Assembly: GCA_027013165.1 (NCBI GenBank)
Contig: JALUXV010000217.1
Span: 1,845 to 65,844 of the forward strand
Length of the DNA stretch: 64,000 nucleotides
From: Alteromonadaceae bacterium
Lineage (GTDB): Bacteria; Pseudomonadota; Gammaproteobacteria; Enterobacterales; Alteromonadaceae
Direction of reading: 5' to 3'
The translations under genes were made by a program, and so were the position numbers. Position 1 is the first letter of the stretch. Each line of letters opens with the position of its first letter. Positions 51,547-60,994 of this stretch are shown piece by piece. Under the pieces are notes generated by a model, which did not search any database, was not told the DNA's origin, and saw only the letters and a program-made list of their open reading frames with translations.

Positions 51547-53316
51547 TCATTCACCACAAACCGTATTTCTTCCTCGACGCTTCGCTTGATAGAGTGCAAG
51601 GTCCGCCTTTTTATACAGCTCATCATAAGTCGCGTTTTGCATGTTGCCTGATGATACACCTATGCTAATAGTAATTTTGCAATCCACCGAAAATGTCATT
51701 TCTTCTACGGTTTTTCGTACTTTATCGGCAAACGCCAGAGCTTCGGTTTTTTCAGTGTTGAGTAGAAGAATAGCGAATTCCTCTCCCCCTAGACGTGCGA
51801 CAAAATCGCCTTCGCTACATAATGATGTGAGCTGATTTGCCAAAGTAATCAGTACTTCATCACCAACGTCGTGACCATGGGTGTCATTGATGTGTTTGAA
51901 GTGGTCGATATCTAAAAGTAAGAAACCAATATTCACTGACTGTCCAAACCTGTTAGAAAGCTTAGTATCGAGATATCGCCGATTGCCTACGCCAGTTAGG
52001 TAATCTGTTTGTGAAGAGATAGTCAGCGCATGATTGGATTCCTGAAGACTCAACAATTTATGCTTTCTTAGCCGCAATGCCAAAATGAGTACAATACAAA
52101 ACAGTGATATTACTACAGACGTAAATAAATAAACCGACGCAAGGCGGGAATCTCGCTCTTGCTGAAGCAAAGCTTCCTGCAACTTAATAACGTCGCGCTC
52201 CACTTTTAACTGGCTTTCTAACTTTTGAATGATTCCATTTTGCGTCAGTGGTTGAATGGTATTTCTTCGCTCAATATATTCGGCTTGAACAACAGCGGCT
52301 GCCTCATAATTTCCCAATTTAAGCTCTAGTTTGGCAAGGTTTTCGTAGAGCGCCATTTCACTCTCTACAGAGGTTTTTCCTCTTACGTTAGCTATTCCCT
52401 CTCGATAAACCGTTAACGCTTGAGCGTAGTTTTCCATAACCGCATGTAGTTCGGCCAGCCCTAGATAGGCTCCCGCTATTGCTTGCGGATAAGCGCCACC
52501 ACGGGGATCATCGATAACATATTCATACAGCTCAATTGCTTGCTGGTAGTTTCCTATTTTGTGATGAGCATGAGCCAAATTTACAGTCGCCTCGCTGTAT
52601 GTGAAATCACTTATCGTGTCTTTTTGGGCGAGTACAGACCTAAGTATTCGCAATGCCTTTTCCGTATCACTCCCTTTCAAATAAGACACTGCTAAACCGA
52701 CAGTTGCATTCATTTCCATCTCAACATCATTGATCGATCGATTGATGAATATCGACTTTTCGAAATAATTGGCCGCTTCTCCATAATCCCGTTGTGAGTT
52801 AAGTACATTCCCTAAGTTGTTGTATACCATCGCTAGGTCAGAGGGATGAGCACTGAGCTTTGCAAATTTTAATGCTTCGATGTAAAACTTCATGGCACTG
52901 TCGTAATCGACAGTCAATTCATAGAAAACTCCCATAGCGCGGTAGCAAATCGATAACAGGTGTGGGGTGCCGGTAATTTCAGCTACGCTAACAGCTTGGG
53001 TTAGGTACCCAAAAGCAGCATCATTGTTCCCCAAGTACATACTCGACATCCCCATTATGCGAAGTGCGATTGCACGATTCAAATCATCGTGAATATCGAG
53101 TGTCAAAGGAATGGACTGCGAGGCATAGTACTCAGCTTGCTTGGGCTCAGAGTAAAGGTAGTGCGTGCCGAGTGCGTTGAATATTTCTATCTTTTTCGAT
53201 ACTGAAAGGGAATTGTCTGCAAGTTCAGCTTTGAGCGAATCGACGCCAGAACTTTGAGCAAAAGAAGAGGAAGAAAAAAAGACAAATAATGCAATAACAC
53301 CCGTTCGATACAGCAT
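51547..53316 (-). CDS. Membrane-anchored TPR-sensor diguanylate cyclase
   Basis: Signal peptide, TPR repeats (VYNNLGNV), one TM helix, TDYLTG, DIDHFKHIND, RLGGEEF, ADLALYQAK. Confidence 0.93.
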   Translation of the reverse strand: MLYRTGVIALFVFFSSSSFAQSSGVDSLKAELADNSLSVSKKIEIFNALGTHYLYSEPKQAEYYASQSIPLTLDIHDDLNRAIALRIMGMSSMYLGNNDAAFGYLTQAVSVAEITGTPHLLSICYRAMGVFYELTVDYDSAMKFYIEALKFAKLSAHPSDLAMVYNNLGNVLNSQRDYGEAANYFEKSIFINRSINDVEMEMNATVGLAVSYLKGSDTEKALRILRSVLAQKDTISDFTYSEATVNLAHAHHKIGNYQQAIELYEYVIDDPRGGAYPQAIAGAYLGLAELHAVMENYAQALTVYREGIANVRGKTSVESEMALYENLAKLELKLGNYEAAAVVQAEYIERRNTIQPLTQNGIIQKLESQLKVERDVIKLQEALLQQERDSRLASVYLFTSVVISLFCIVLILALRLRKHKLLSLQESNHALTISSQTDYLTGVGNRRYLDTKLSNRFGQSVNIGFLLLDIDHFKHINDTHGHDVGDEVLITLANQLTSLCSEGDFVARLGGEEFAILLLNTEKTEALAFADKVRKTVEEMTFSVDCKITISIGVSSGNMQNATYDELYKKADLALYQAKRRGRNTVCGE

Positions 53317-53503
53317 CTACACCTAATAATGTTTATGTTTTATACAAACGATATTAAGCGATTATTGGACGTTCGACAATATAACGGTAAGTTAAGTAGA
53401 AGAAATAATTGTCTTTATATGAAATGCTTAGAGCGCTAGAGAGCACCACTAAAATACCTACACTCCTTGAGTTTTGCCCTATTCAGGGTTAATCTACCGC
53501 CCA

Positions 53504-53526
53504 AAATTGTTATGTTATATCATTTC
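53504..53526 (+). promoter_or_regulatory. Zur box
   Basis: AAATTGTTATGTTATATCATTTC matches GAAATGTTATAWTATAACATTTC at 19 of 23 positions; ends 19 nt before the receptor GTG. Confidence 0.72.
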
Positions 53527-53545
53527 CACAATTAAGAGGCTTAAC

Positions 53546-55660
53546 GTGAAACACACACTTCCTAAGTTTACCCTTGCCCCCTTGGCTCTGGCCTTAAGCA
53601 CGCAAGTTGGCTTTGCCCAAACCACTGAGACCGATAGTACAGATATTGAAGTTGTTACTGTGGTTCAGTCAAAACAAGCGTATCAGGGCGATTTTACTCG
53701 CTTAGAAACACCTCAAGCCGAGCTAAAACTAGACTCAGAAACGTTAAAAGACTTCGGCGCTATTGATCTTACCCATGCCCTTGACTTATCAGCATCAGTT
53801 GCACGTCAGAATAATTTTGGTGGACTGTGGAATAGCTTCGCTATTCGCGGATTTGTAGGCGATGAAAACTTACCAAGCAACTACCTAGTCAACGGTTTTA
53901 ATGCCGGTCGTGGTTTTGGCGGTCCTCGTGATTTATCAGGCATAGAATCGGTAGAAGTACTAAAAGGGCCAAGAGCTGCGTTATTTGGCCGAGGTGAACC
54001 AGGTGGAACAATAAACCTTGTCACTAAGCGACCTACCTTTGATGAGAGTGGTGAGTTTAGATTATCTGTAGGAAGTTGGAGTCGCTATCGTACCGATGTA
54101 GATTACACAACACCCGTATCTGATGACGTGGCCATAAGACTCGTTGGCTTTTTTGAAGACGCAGAGAGCTTTCGCGATACGGTAGAAACCACAAAGCATG
54201 GTTTCAGCCCATCCATAGCATGGCGTATTAGCGACGATAGTCAATTAACCTATGAGCTGGAATACAGCAACCAAGAAATCCCATTTGACCGCGGTATCGT
54301 TGAAATCAATGGTGATTTAGACGTACTTCCAGCAAGTCGTTTTTTGGGTGAGCCGGGCGATGGCCCCATTGAAACAGAAGTACTAGGGCATCAGATAGAG
54401 TTTCAGCATGACTTTAATGGTAATTGGAGCGGCCTCGTTGGCGTTAACTTCAGAGATACGTCTCTGGAAGGTTTTGCCACTGAGAATGGTTTTGGTAGTG
54501 TTAGCGAAGACGGCGATTTCAGCCGTTTCCGTAGATATCGTAAATACGATGCCACCTACTATGTTTTGCGTGCAGAACTGAGTGGTGAGTTTGAAACAGC
54601 TGGTCTAACTCACCGTATTATTCTGGGTGCCGATAAAGACGAATTCGAAAATGACCAGTTCTTCCTTCGTGTACGTGATGGGCAAGGTGGCAGTGTCAGT
54701 CAAAGCATCAATGTATACAACCCTGTATATGGCAGCTATGAGCTACCAGAGCCTCTACCCAATACAGACAGAGTAGAAACTCAAGAATCTTTTGGTATTT
54801 ATGTACAAGATCAAATCAGTATAACAGACAGCTTCGATGTTCGACTTGGTGCGCGTTTTGATGATTACAAACAGGAACTTGTGAACCGACGTTCTGATCC
54901 CTACTCGATTACCGAACAAACTGAATCTCGTTTAAGCCCTCAGTTAGGCTTAGTGTTCAAGAGCTCTGAAAACTTGTCTTTCTATGCGGTTTACGGAGAA
55001 AACTTTAGACCACTCTCTGGCACCGATAAAGACGGTAATGGCCACGAACCAAATCAATCAACATCGATTGAAGCGGGAGCAAACTTCCTACTTAACAAGG
55101 GTAACATTCAAGGTACGGTAGCATTATTCAATGTTAAGCAAGACAGTATCCTGGTGGTAGATGACGTAAATACCTTTACCACCGCGGCGATTGGTGAAGC
55201 CGAGAGTAAAGGTGTAGAAGTGGATATTGTTGGAAATATCAAAGACGACCTGAGTGTTTGGTTTTCATACGCTTACACAGACGCCGAAACAAAAAATCAA
55301 TTCTTTGATGCAAACTTTGGTTTTGATGTAGAGCCGGGTAGCCCACTATTAAACGTACCAGAACAACAACTAACGCTTCAGTTAGTACAGGAACTACACA
55401 TTGGTGGAGCCCCAATGTCATTGGGTGGTGCCATAGTTCACGTAGGTAAGCGAAATGGTTTCTTTGGTGCGGACTTTGAGTTACCGAGCTACACCACGGC
55501 AAGACTGTTCTCTACCTACGAGCTTACACCAGAAATCGAACTTCGATTAGAGGTAGACAACTTATTCGATGAACGTTATTACCCAAATTCATTCTCTAAT
55601 ACTTGGGTACAACCTGGCACACCAAGAAACTTTACATTGTCAGCATCGTACAACTTCTAA
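53546..55660 (+). CDS. TonB-dependent receptor, siderophore/metallophore-receptor class
   Basis: Signal peptide, IEVVTV TonB box, FAIRGF, ESVEVLKGPRAALFG, GGTINLVTK, DNLFDERY, terminal YNF; GTG start after GAGG. Confidence 0.93.
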   Translation: MKHTLPKFTLAPLALALSTQVGFAQTTETDSTDIEVVTVVQSKQAYQGDFTRLETPQAELKLDSETLKDFGAIDLTHALDLSASVARQNNFGGLWNSFAIRGFVGDENLPSNYLVNGFNAGRGFGGPRDLSGIESVEVLKGPRAALFGRGEPGGTINLVTKRPTFDESGEFRLSVGSWSRYRTDVDYTTPVSDDVAIRLVGFFEDAESFRDTVETTKHGFSPSIAWRISDDSQLTYELEYSNQEIPFDRGIVEINGDLDVLPASRFLGEPGDGPIETEVLGHQIEFQHDFNGNWSGLVGVNFRDTSLEGFATENGFGSVSEDGDFSRFRRYRKYDATYYVLRAELSGEFETAGLTHRIILGADKDEFENDQFFLRVRDGQGGSVSQSINVYNPVYGSYELPEPLPNTDRVETQESFGIYVQDQISITDSFDVRLGARFDDYKQELVNRRSDPYSITEQTESRLSPQLGLVFKSSENLSFYAVYGENFRPLSGTDKDGNGHEPNQSTSIEAGANFLLNKGNIQGTVALFNVKQDSILVVDDVNTFTTAAIGEAESKGVEVDIVGNIKDDLSVWFSYAYTDAETKNQFFDANFGFDVEPGSPLLNVPEQQLTLQLVQELHIGGAPMSLGGAIVHVGKRNGFFGADFELPSYTTARLFSTYELTPEIELRLEVDNLFDERYYPNSFSNTWVQPGTPRNFTLSASYNF

Positions 55661-55736
55661 TACGCCTAAGTTAACCTGTCGCGGTTAGCCATAAAGCTAG
55701 CCGCAACTTCCCACCGTTTATCAAAAGGCGGATACG

Positions 55737-55762
55737 AAAAAGCCGCTTTAAAAGCGGCTTTT
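55737..55762. terminator. Bidirectional terminator between the receptor and TPR genes
   Basis: AAAAAGCCGCTTT-A-AAAGCGGCTTTT. Confidence 0.8.
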
Positions 55763-55783
55763 ATCACAACGTTAGAAAGCGTA

Positions 55784-57109
55784 CTACTCTGCGTCTAATT
55801 CAGCAGCTAATCGCTCTGCCTGATCTTTCTCAGACTGAACAAATTGCTTCCACTGGCGAGCCATTGCACGACTTTTGTCGTGTGCTTCTGCTTCAGCCAA
55901 TTGATTCAACGCCAAGGCATATTGCTTCATATTATAAAGTGACATGCCTTTTATCAAGTAAACCAAACCAGGGTTGCGCAACTCACCTTTTTCAATGGCG
56001 CGGTCAGCCGCTTCAATAGCTTCTTCGAAACGTTCTTCGTTCAGAAGAATTTGAGCCACTTGCGCGTCTATCTCACCATCTTCAGAAAGCTCTGCTGCCT
56101 GCATCATTACCGGAATGGCTTTGTCTTGCTCTTTTGCTAGTGTCCAGCTTTGACCAAGGAACTTAAGGTTTCTTAAGTTTGATTCAAGCACACCATCATT
56201 CATTGCTTGTTCCATCAGCAATGCACCCTTGAATGGCGCACGATGGTAGTAATAAAGCTGTGCTAAGTTGAAGATATCTGCCGCTGACTGAATGTAACCC
56301 TGCTGATAAGCAGATTCCATAATTGCCAACTGCTTACGCTCTTCACCTAATTCACCATACATACCTGCCAACTGGATCCAATATTTAGGTTCGCTGTATA
56401 GTTTCACAAGCTTCACAAGTACATCTTTTACTTGCTCTGGCTGCTTTAACTCGTAGAAAATCGCACGCTGAAGAATCAACCATCCTTCATCAGGCAACAT
56501 GCCTTCCGCTTCGTGTTCTACTATGGCTTGGGTTATCCAATCTCGCGCTTCTGCATACTGTTTGTTTTGGTAATATGCTTGAGCTTTCAATACTTTATTT
56601 TTAGGTGGAATAACACCAGTATTGATGGCTTCCCAACGCTCCAAAAACTCGATAGTGCGGGAATAGTTACCCTGCATTAGGTGAAGCTGGGCAAGACTAA
56701 ACAAGGTGGTCATCTCAAATCGTTCGGGAATAGGTTGTTGATCAACTACCTTTTCGAACGACTCAAGGGCCATATCGTAATCTTCGTTGTTGTAATAAAT
56801 AAAGCCAAAGAAGTTATACATCATGGCTTTTTCATAGCTATTCATTGAGCTTGATTTTTCTTCAACCTCTTTAAGAATAGCGATGGCTTCTTCAACATTA
56901 CCCGCATCGTCAGCAGCAGATTGAGCACGCGCTAACTGCTCGTATACTTTTGAGCGAAGTGTAGGTACACGACGGGTGGGTCTGTCACTAGCACGTTGCT
57001 CTTGGGCCACAGCTTCTGTTGAAACAACCATTGATGGCACGGTTACCGTTGCAGATGCAATTGCAAACGTAATGGCGCTAAGTAGCTTGTTCGTTTGTTT
57101 TTTCATCAT
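55784..57109 (-). CDS. Periplasmic TPR protein of TtpC-TonB operons
   Basis: Signal peptide, all-helical TPR repeats; last gene after tonB. Confidence 0.85.
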   Translation of the reverse strand: MMKKQTNKLLSAITFAIASATVTVPSMVVSTEAVAQEQRASDRPTRRVPTLRSKVYEQLARAQSAADDAGNVEEAIAILKEVEEKSSSMNSYEKAMMYNFFGFIYYNNEDYDMALESFEKVVDQQPIPERFEMTTLFSLAQLHLMQGNYSRTIEFLERWEAINTGVIPPKNKVLKAQAYYQNKQYAEARDWITQAIVEHEAEGMLPDEGWLILQRAIFYELKQPEQVKDVLVKLVKLYSEPKYWIQLAGMYGELGEERKQLAIMESAYQQGYIQSAADIFNLAQLYYYHRAPFKGALLMEQAMNDGVLESNLRNLKFLGQSWTLAKEQDKAIPVMMQAAELSEDGEIDAQVAQILLNEERFEEAIEAADRAIEKGELRNPGLVYLIKGMSLYNMKQYALALNQLAEAEAHDKSRAMARQWKQFVQSEKDQAERLAAELDAE

Positions 57110-57114
57110 TGCGG

Positions 57115-57723
57115 TTACCCATCAATTTGGAAGGTGATACGGTTTTGCACACCGGAAACTTCCGTCGCTTCGCCGTTTACCACCCGTGGCTTATATTTAA
57201 ACTTCATCGCAGCGTCTATTGCAGCTTGTTCGAAGATTCCCTGAGGGTTGGCTTCAACAACAATAGGGTCGCGAACTGCACCTTGTTTGGTTACCGTGAA
57301 CTCAACAATAACAAAACCTTCAATACCGCGCTGTAACGCTCGACGCGGATATACAGGTGCCACTTTAACTATTGGAAGGTACTCACCGTCACCAGACTCT
57401 AGCGCAAGCCCGCCGTCCAATGAGATGTCGTCACCCACATCTGCCCCAAAGTCCATTGAGCTACCCTCGGCATTTGGCGTTGGAGAATCCATTTGCGGCT
57501 GCTCCATTTGCGGGGGTGGCTGCTCAGGCTTAGGTGGCTTCTTCGGTTTGCGATCGGTTTTCTCAACTTGTTCGTCTTGTTTCACACGAACAAAGTCAAG
57601 CACGCTTCCCTGAGGCGGTTCGGTTAGGGCACTGCCTCCCATCTTGATCAATGATTGCATCAAGAAAAACAGGCCTAACGTTATCGCAAGGGATATTACA
57701 AATGCGATTAAATATCGTGGCAT
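57115..57723 (-). CDS. tonB: Energy transducer TonB (short TonB2 type)
   Basis: N-terminal TM, Pro/Lys linker KPKKPPKPEQPPP, C domain PVYPRRA...GIEGFVIVEF...FKYKP. Confidence 0.95.
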   Translation of the reverse strand: MPRYLIAFVISLAITLGLFFLMQSLIKMGGSALTEPPQGSVLDFVRVKQDEQVEKTDRKPKKPPKPEQPPPQMEQPQMDSPTPNAEGSSMDFGADVGDDISLDGGLALESGDGEYLPIVKVAPVYPRRALQRGIEGFVIVEFTVTKQGAVRDPIVVEANPQGIFEQAAIDAAMKFKYKPRVVNGEATEVSGVQNRITFQIDG

Positions 57724-57726
57724 GAT

Positions 57727-58134
57727 TTAAGGCTCTTGAGCTGCGATCGAAACATCATAAACGCCCGCTGCACGAGACGCGTCCATAACTTTAATCAAGG
57801 TCTCTGTTGTCGATTTTTCATCCGCTTGGATAACAACAGTACCTTGAGGGTTTTCAGCGTGTAAGCGCTCGATGTTCGCCTGAACAGCGCGTACATCAAT
57901 ACGACGCTTATTGATCCAAATCTCGCCTTTATCCGAGATAGCAATCAAGATGTTCGCACGGTCTTTTTTAACCGCTGTAGCCGCTTCAGGACGGTTTACA
58001 TCGATACCCGCTTCTTTCACGAAAGACGCTGTAACGATAAAGAAGATCAACATGATAAATACAACGTCCAGCATGGGCGTCATATCGATATTTGCTTCTT
58101 CCTCATCAACCAAATTTTGAAAGTGCTGCTTCAT
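57727..58134 (-). CDS. exbD: ExbD
   Basis: IDMTPMLDVVFIMLIFFIVT, VVIQAD. Confidence 0.95.
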   Translation of the reverse strand: MKQHFQNLVDEEEANIDMTPMLDVVFIMLIFFIVTASFVKEAGIDVNRPEAATAVKKDRANILIAISDKGEIWINKRRIDVRAVQANIERLHAENPQGTVVIQADEKSTTETLIKVMDASRAAGVYDVSIAAQEP

Positions 58135-58163
58135 AATAAATACCTTACCTTAACGCCGGAGCA

Positions 58164-58682
58164 TTAACGTTGAATAGACAATGCATCCTCAAGATGCGTG
58201 CGTTCTGATTTCACCATGCGGTTTAACCAAGTAGAGGCAAATACGCCTGAAAGTGCACCAACCATTCCCGCCATTGTTGGGATAGTTGCTTTTGATACAC
58301 CTGACGCCATAGAACGGGCATTACCCGAACCTGAAATCGCCATTACATCAAACACTTCAATCATACCGGTTACCGTACCCATCAAACCTAGTAACGGACA
58401 TAGCGCAACTAGTGATTGGATGATGGGAATGCTGCCGTTTAGGCGCATGGTTAACTCTGAAATCATTTTCTGACGAACTTGTTCCGCAAACCAAGAAGAG
58501 CGGTCGCTTCTAGCATCCCAAAGGGTTACCGCTTGCTTCTTCGCTTGTTTATGCCAAACCATCAGATACATGGCACGCTCGAGGATCAAAAGCCACATAA
58601 CGAATATCAGCAGACCGATGACCAGGAGAACCTGGCCACCTGTTTCTGTGAAATCGCGAATTGCTTCCAGAAACTCGATCAT
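58164..58682 (-). CDS. exbB: ExbB (MotA/TolQ/ExbB family)
   Basis: CPLLGLMGTVTGMI, ASGVSKATIPTMAG. Confidence 0.92.
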   Translation of the reverse strand: MIEFLEAIRDFTETGGQVLLVIGLLIFVMWLLILERAMYLMVWHKQAKKQAVTLWDARSDRSSWFAEQVRQKMISELTMRLNGSIPIIQSLVALCPLLGLMGTVTGMIEVFDVMAISGSGNARSMASGVSKATIPTMAGMVGALSGVFASTWLNRMVKSERTHLEDALSIQR

Positions 58683-58684
58683 GA

Positions 58685-60055
58685 TTAGCCTCGCTCAGCG
58701 CGCTCTGCGATAACCCCAGAGGCTTGCTCTTGAAGGATATAAACAATGTTCTTACTACGGGTGTTAAGCATTGCGTAAAGTAGTGTCATTGGGATAGCAA
58801 CAACAAGACCAAGTACCGTAGTTACAAGTGCAGTTGAAATACCACCTGCCATTAGTTTCGGGTCACCTGTACCGAACAAGGTAATTGCTTGGAAGGTGTT
58901 GATCATACCGGTTACTGTACCTAGTAGACCCATAAGCGGTGCAACTACAGAGATAATCTTAATAATAGTTAGGTTACGACCTAGTTTCGGTACTTCGCCA
59001 AGAATCGCTTCGGTTAAGTGAAGTTCTAGAGCTTCAACGTCAGCATTTGGATGCTCGTCACGTACTTTAAGTACACGGCCAAGTGGGTTGTTAGTCTTAA
59101 CTTCTTTGCTCTTAAGCTGACTGTTAACCTTCATGCGAATCAAGCTTAGAGACACTAAACGTTCTAGCGCTAACAATAGACCGAAAGCACCAACGATAAG
59201 AATGATGTAACCTACCGGACCACCCTGCTCTACACGTTCTTGCAAGTTAGGCGCTTGAACAAGAAGACCAAGGATAGAGCCACCTGTTGGGTCGATGCCG
59301 AATTGAACTAGCTCGCCGTTTGATGCTTGTAGCTCAGCAGCAGAAGCCATATAACGGTCAGCAGGTTGACGAATAAGTTCTGAAACCGTACCAGTCACAC
59401 CGTTGTATTCAAGGAATTTACCGTCTGCAACTAAAGCAAAAGGACCTACGCGAACAACGCTCTTGTTCACCTTAGCACCACCCGCTTCAACAACATCAGT
59501 AGTAAAGCTTGTTACTTTGCCTGATTCTGTCATTTCGCGCTGCATTTCGTACCAAACACGCTCAATTTCTTCAATTGAGGCAAGCTTAGAGCTAGAACCC
59601 ATGCTTTGTGCCATTTCATCTAGGAATTCAGAACGGCCAGAGATTTGCGCCGAAATCATAGAGTTGTAGAATTTGTTTTTAGTGTCGCCAGCTACTTGCT
59701 GAAGTACACCAAACAATTCTTTAAGTGAGCCTAGACGAGTATCAAGCGCACCGTTAAGGTCGCCCAATTTAAATTCGTTTTCTTCAAACTGTGTTTCTAA
59801 ACGCTCAGAATCAAGAAGCAACTGATCACGGCGAGCTAGTGTTTCACGCAAAATACGCTCTTGTTCGCTACGCTGTGCAATGAAATCTGCTTCGCGTTGT
59901 TTGTTCTGTTCTGACTGTGCGAATTGACCCGCTTCAAGTTGCGCGAGTAGCGCGTCTAAATCAAGTGCGCGATCGTTCGCTACCGCACCCATGCTGATGC
60001 TCAGCGCTGCTAGACCAACAGCAATACGTTTTACTGTATTAAACATTCTCATCAA
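58685..60055 (-). CDS. ttpC: TtpC-type long MotA/TolQ/ExbB protein
   Basis: Signal peptide, long periplasmic coiled coil, IDPTGG, C-terminal APLMGLLGTVTGMI and GGISTALVTT. Start may be ATG 60052 or 60046. Confidence 0.88.
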   Translation of the reverse strand: MMRMFNTVKRIAVGLAALSISMGAVANDRALDLDALLAQLEAGQFAQSEQNKQREADFIAQRSEQERILRETLARRDQLLLDSERLETQFEENEFKLGDLNGALDTRLGSLKELFGVLQQVAGDTKNKFYNSMISAQISGRSEFLDEMAQSMGSSSKLASIEEIERVWYEMQREMTESGKVTSFTTDVVEAGGAKVNKSVVRVGPFALVADGKFLEYNGVTGTVSELIRQPADRYMASAAELQASNGELVQFGIDPTGGSILGLLVQAPNLQERVEQGGPVGYIILIVGAFGLLLALERLVSLSLIRMKVNSQLKSKEVKTNNPLGRVLKVRDEHPNADVEALELHLTEAILGEVPKLGRNLTIIKIISVVAPLMGLLGTVTGMINTFQAITLFGTGDPKLMAGGISTALVTTVLGLVVAIPMTLLYAMLNTRSKNIVYILQEQASGVIAERAERG

Positions 60056-60059
60056 CCTC

Positions 60060-60818
60060 TTAGTCCGTAATAGCCACTGGCATCATTAACAAATCTGGCG
60101 CTAGCTGCTTCTTAGCCATGCGTAACCCTTTAGTAATTTGAGTACGGTAGCTGCTGTCTAGCTCTTCCCATTGACGGGTTTGCTTGTTCCAAACACCTTG
60201 AAGACTAGCGTCGCGAGTTTGGTACATAAGTGCAGTACGGCCTAAGCGTAAAAACTCAACGTCACGCTCTTGACCATTGATAGTGTGGATACCGCTGTAG
60301 GCTTCCATAGTACGGCCGTAATCCATCTCAATTTGATACGCTTCCATTACACGACGGAATTTCTCAGATGCTGCTACATCAGCGCGATCCATCATAGACT
60401 TAAGATCTGCAATGCGGTCTGTACGCTCTTGAGGAAGGAATGGAACGTCCAATGCGATGAACTGTTCAAGACCATCAATCATACGAAGCATAAGTGGAGT
60501 GATTTGACGCTCAACCACAGATACTTCATCGATCGCTGCATTTAGGTCGGCCATTTCTTGTTCTTGATTGTTAATCTGGCGACCTAATTGGCCGTTATAA
60601 ACTTCAAGACCTTCAATTTCTTTCATCAACGTTTTGAACTGTTGTAGTTTGTCATCAATTTGATCAGTGATGCCGTTGATGGTTTCCTGCGAACTTGCAG
60701 CAGATTCATTGATTTGTGCTGCCGAATCGACAACGGGTTTTAAGACATCATCGTCTTGTGCGAGCGCTGGGGCCGCAGCGAGCGTACCTGCAACAAGCAA
60801 AGCATTGATAAGCTTCAT
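60060..60818 (-). CDS. DUF3450 family periplasmic protein (TtpB-like)
   Basis: Signal peptide, coiled coil, DVPFL, EKFRRVMEAYQIE, FLRLGR; first gene of the ttpC operon. Confidence 0.88.
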   Translation of the reverse strand: MKLINALLVAGTLAAAPALAQDDDVLKPVVDSAAQINESAASSQETINGITDQIDDKLQQFKTLMKEIEGLEVYNGQLGRQINNQEQEMADLNAAIDEVSVVERQITPLMLRMIDGLEQFIALDVPFLPQERTDRIADLKSMMDRADVAASEKFRRVMEAYQIEMDYGRTMEAYSGIHTINGQERDVEFLRLGRTALMYQTRDASLQGVWNKQTRQWEELDSSYRTQITKGLRMAKKQLAPDLLMMPVAITD

Positions 60819-60878
60819 ACGTTCAAACCTTTAAAGTTAAAAGAAACCGGACTTTTCCGACTATAAAATTCTGCGCGT

Positions 60879-60912
60879 AGGATAGGGATTTTCTATGACA
60901 GTTTTATTACAT
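60879..60912 (-). promoter_or_regulatory. Pho box plus -10 element of the DUF3450-ttpC-exbBD-tonB operon
   Basis: Minus strand ATGTAATAAAACTGTCAT (16/18 to CTGTCATAWAWCTGTCAY), then exactly 10 nt, then TATCCT. Confidence 0.72.
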
Positions 60913-60954
60913 GACTGTCATAAAACTTTTGAACTGATTAAAGTGCATAAGATC

Positions 60955-60981
60955 AAAAAAGGCCGCGATGGCGGCCTTCTT
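60955..60981 (-). terminator. Terminator after the second TonB-dependent receptor
   Basis: Plus strand AAAAAAGGCCGC-GATG-GCGGCCTT; U tract on the minus strand. Confidence 0.8.
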
Positions 60982-60994
60982 AATAAGAGGTTGA

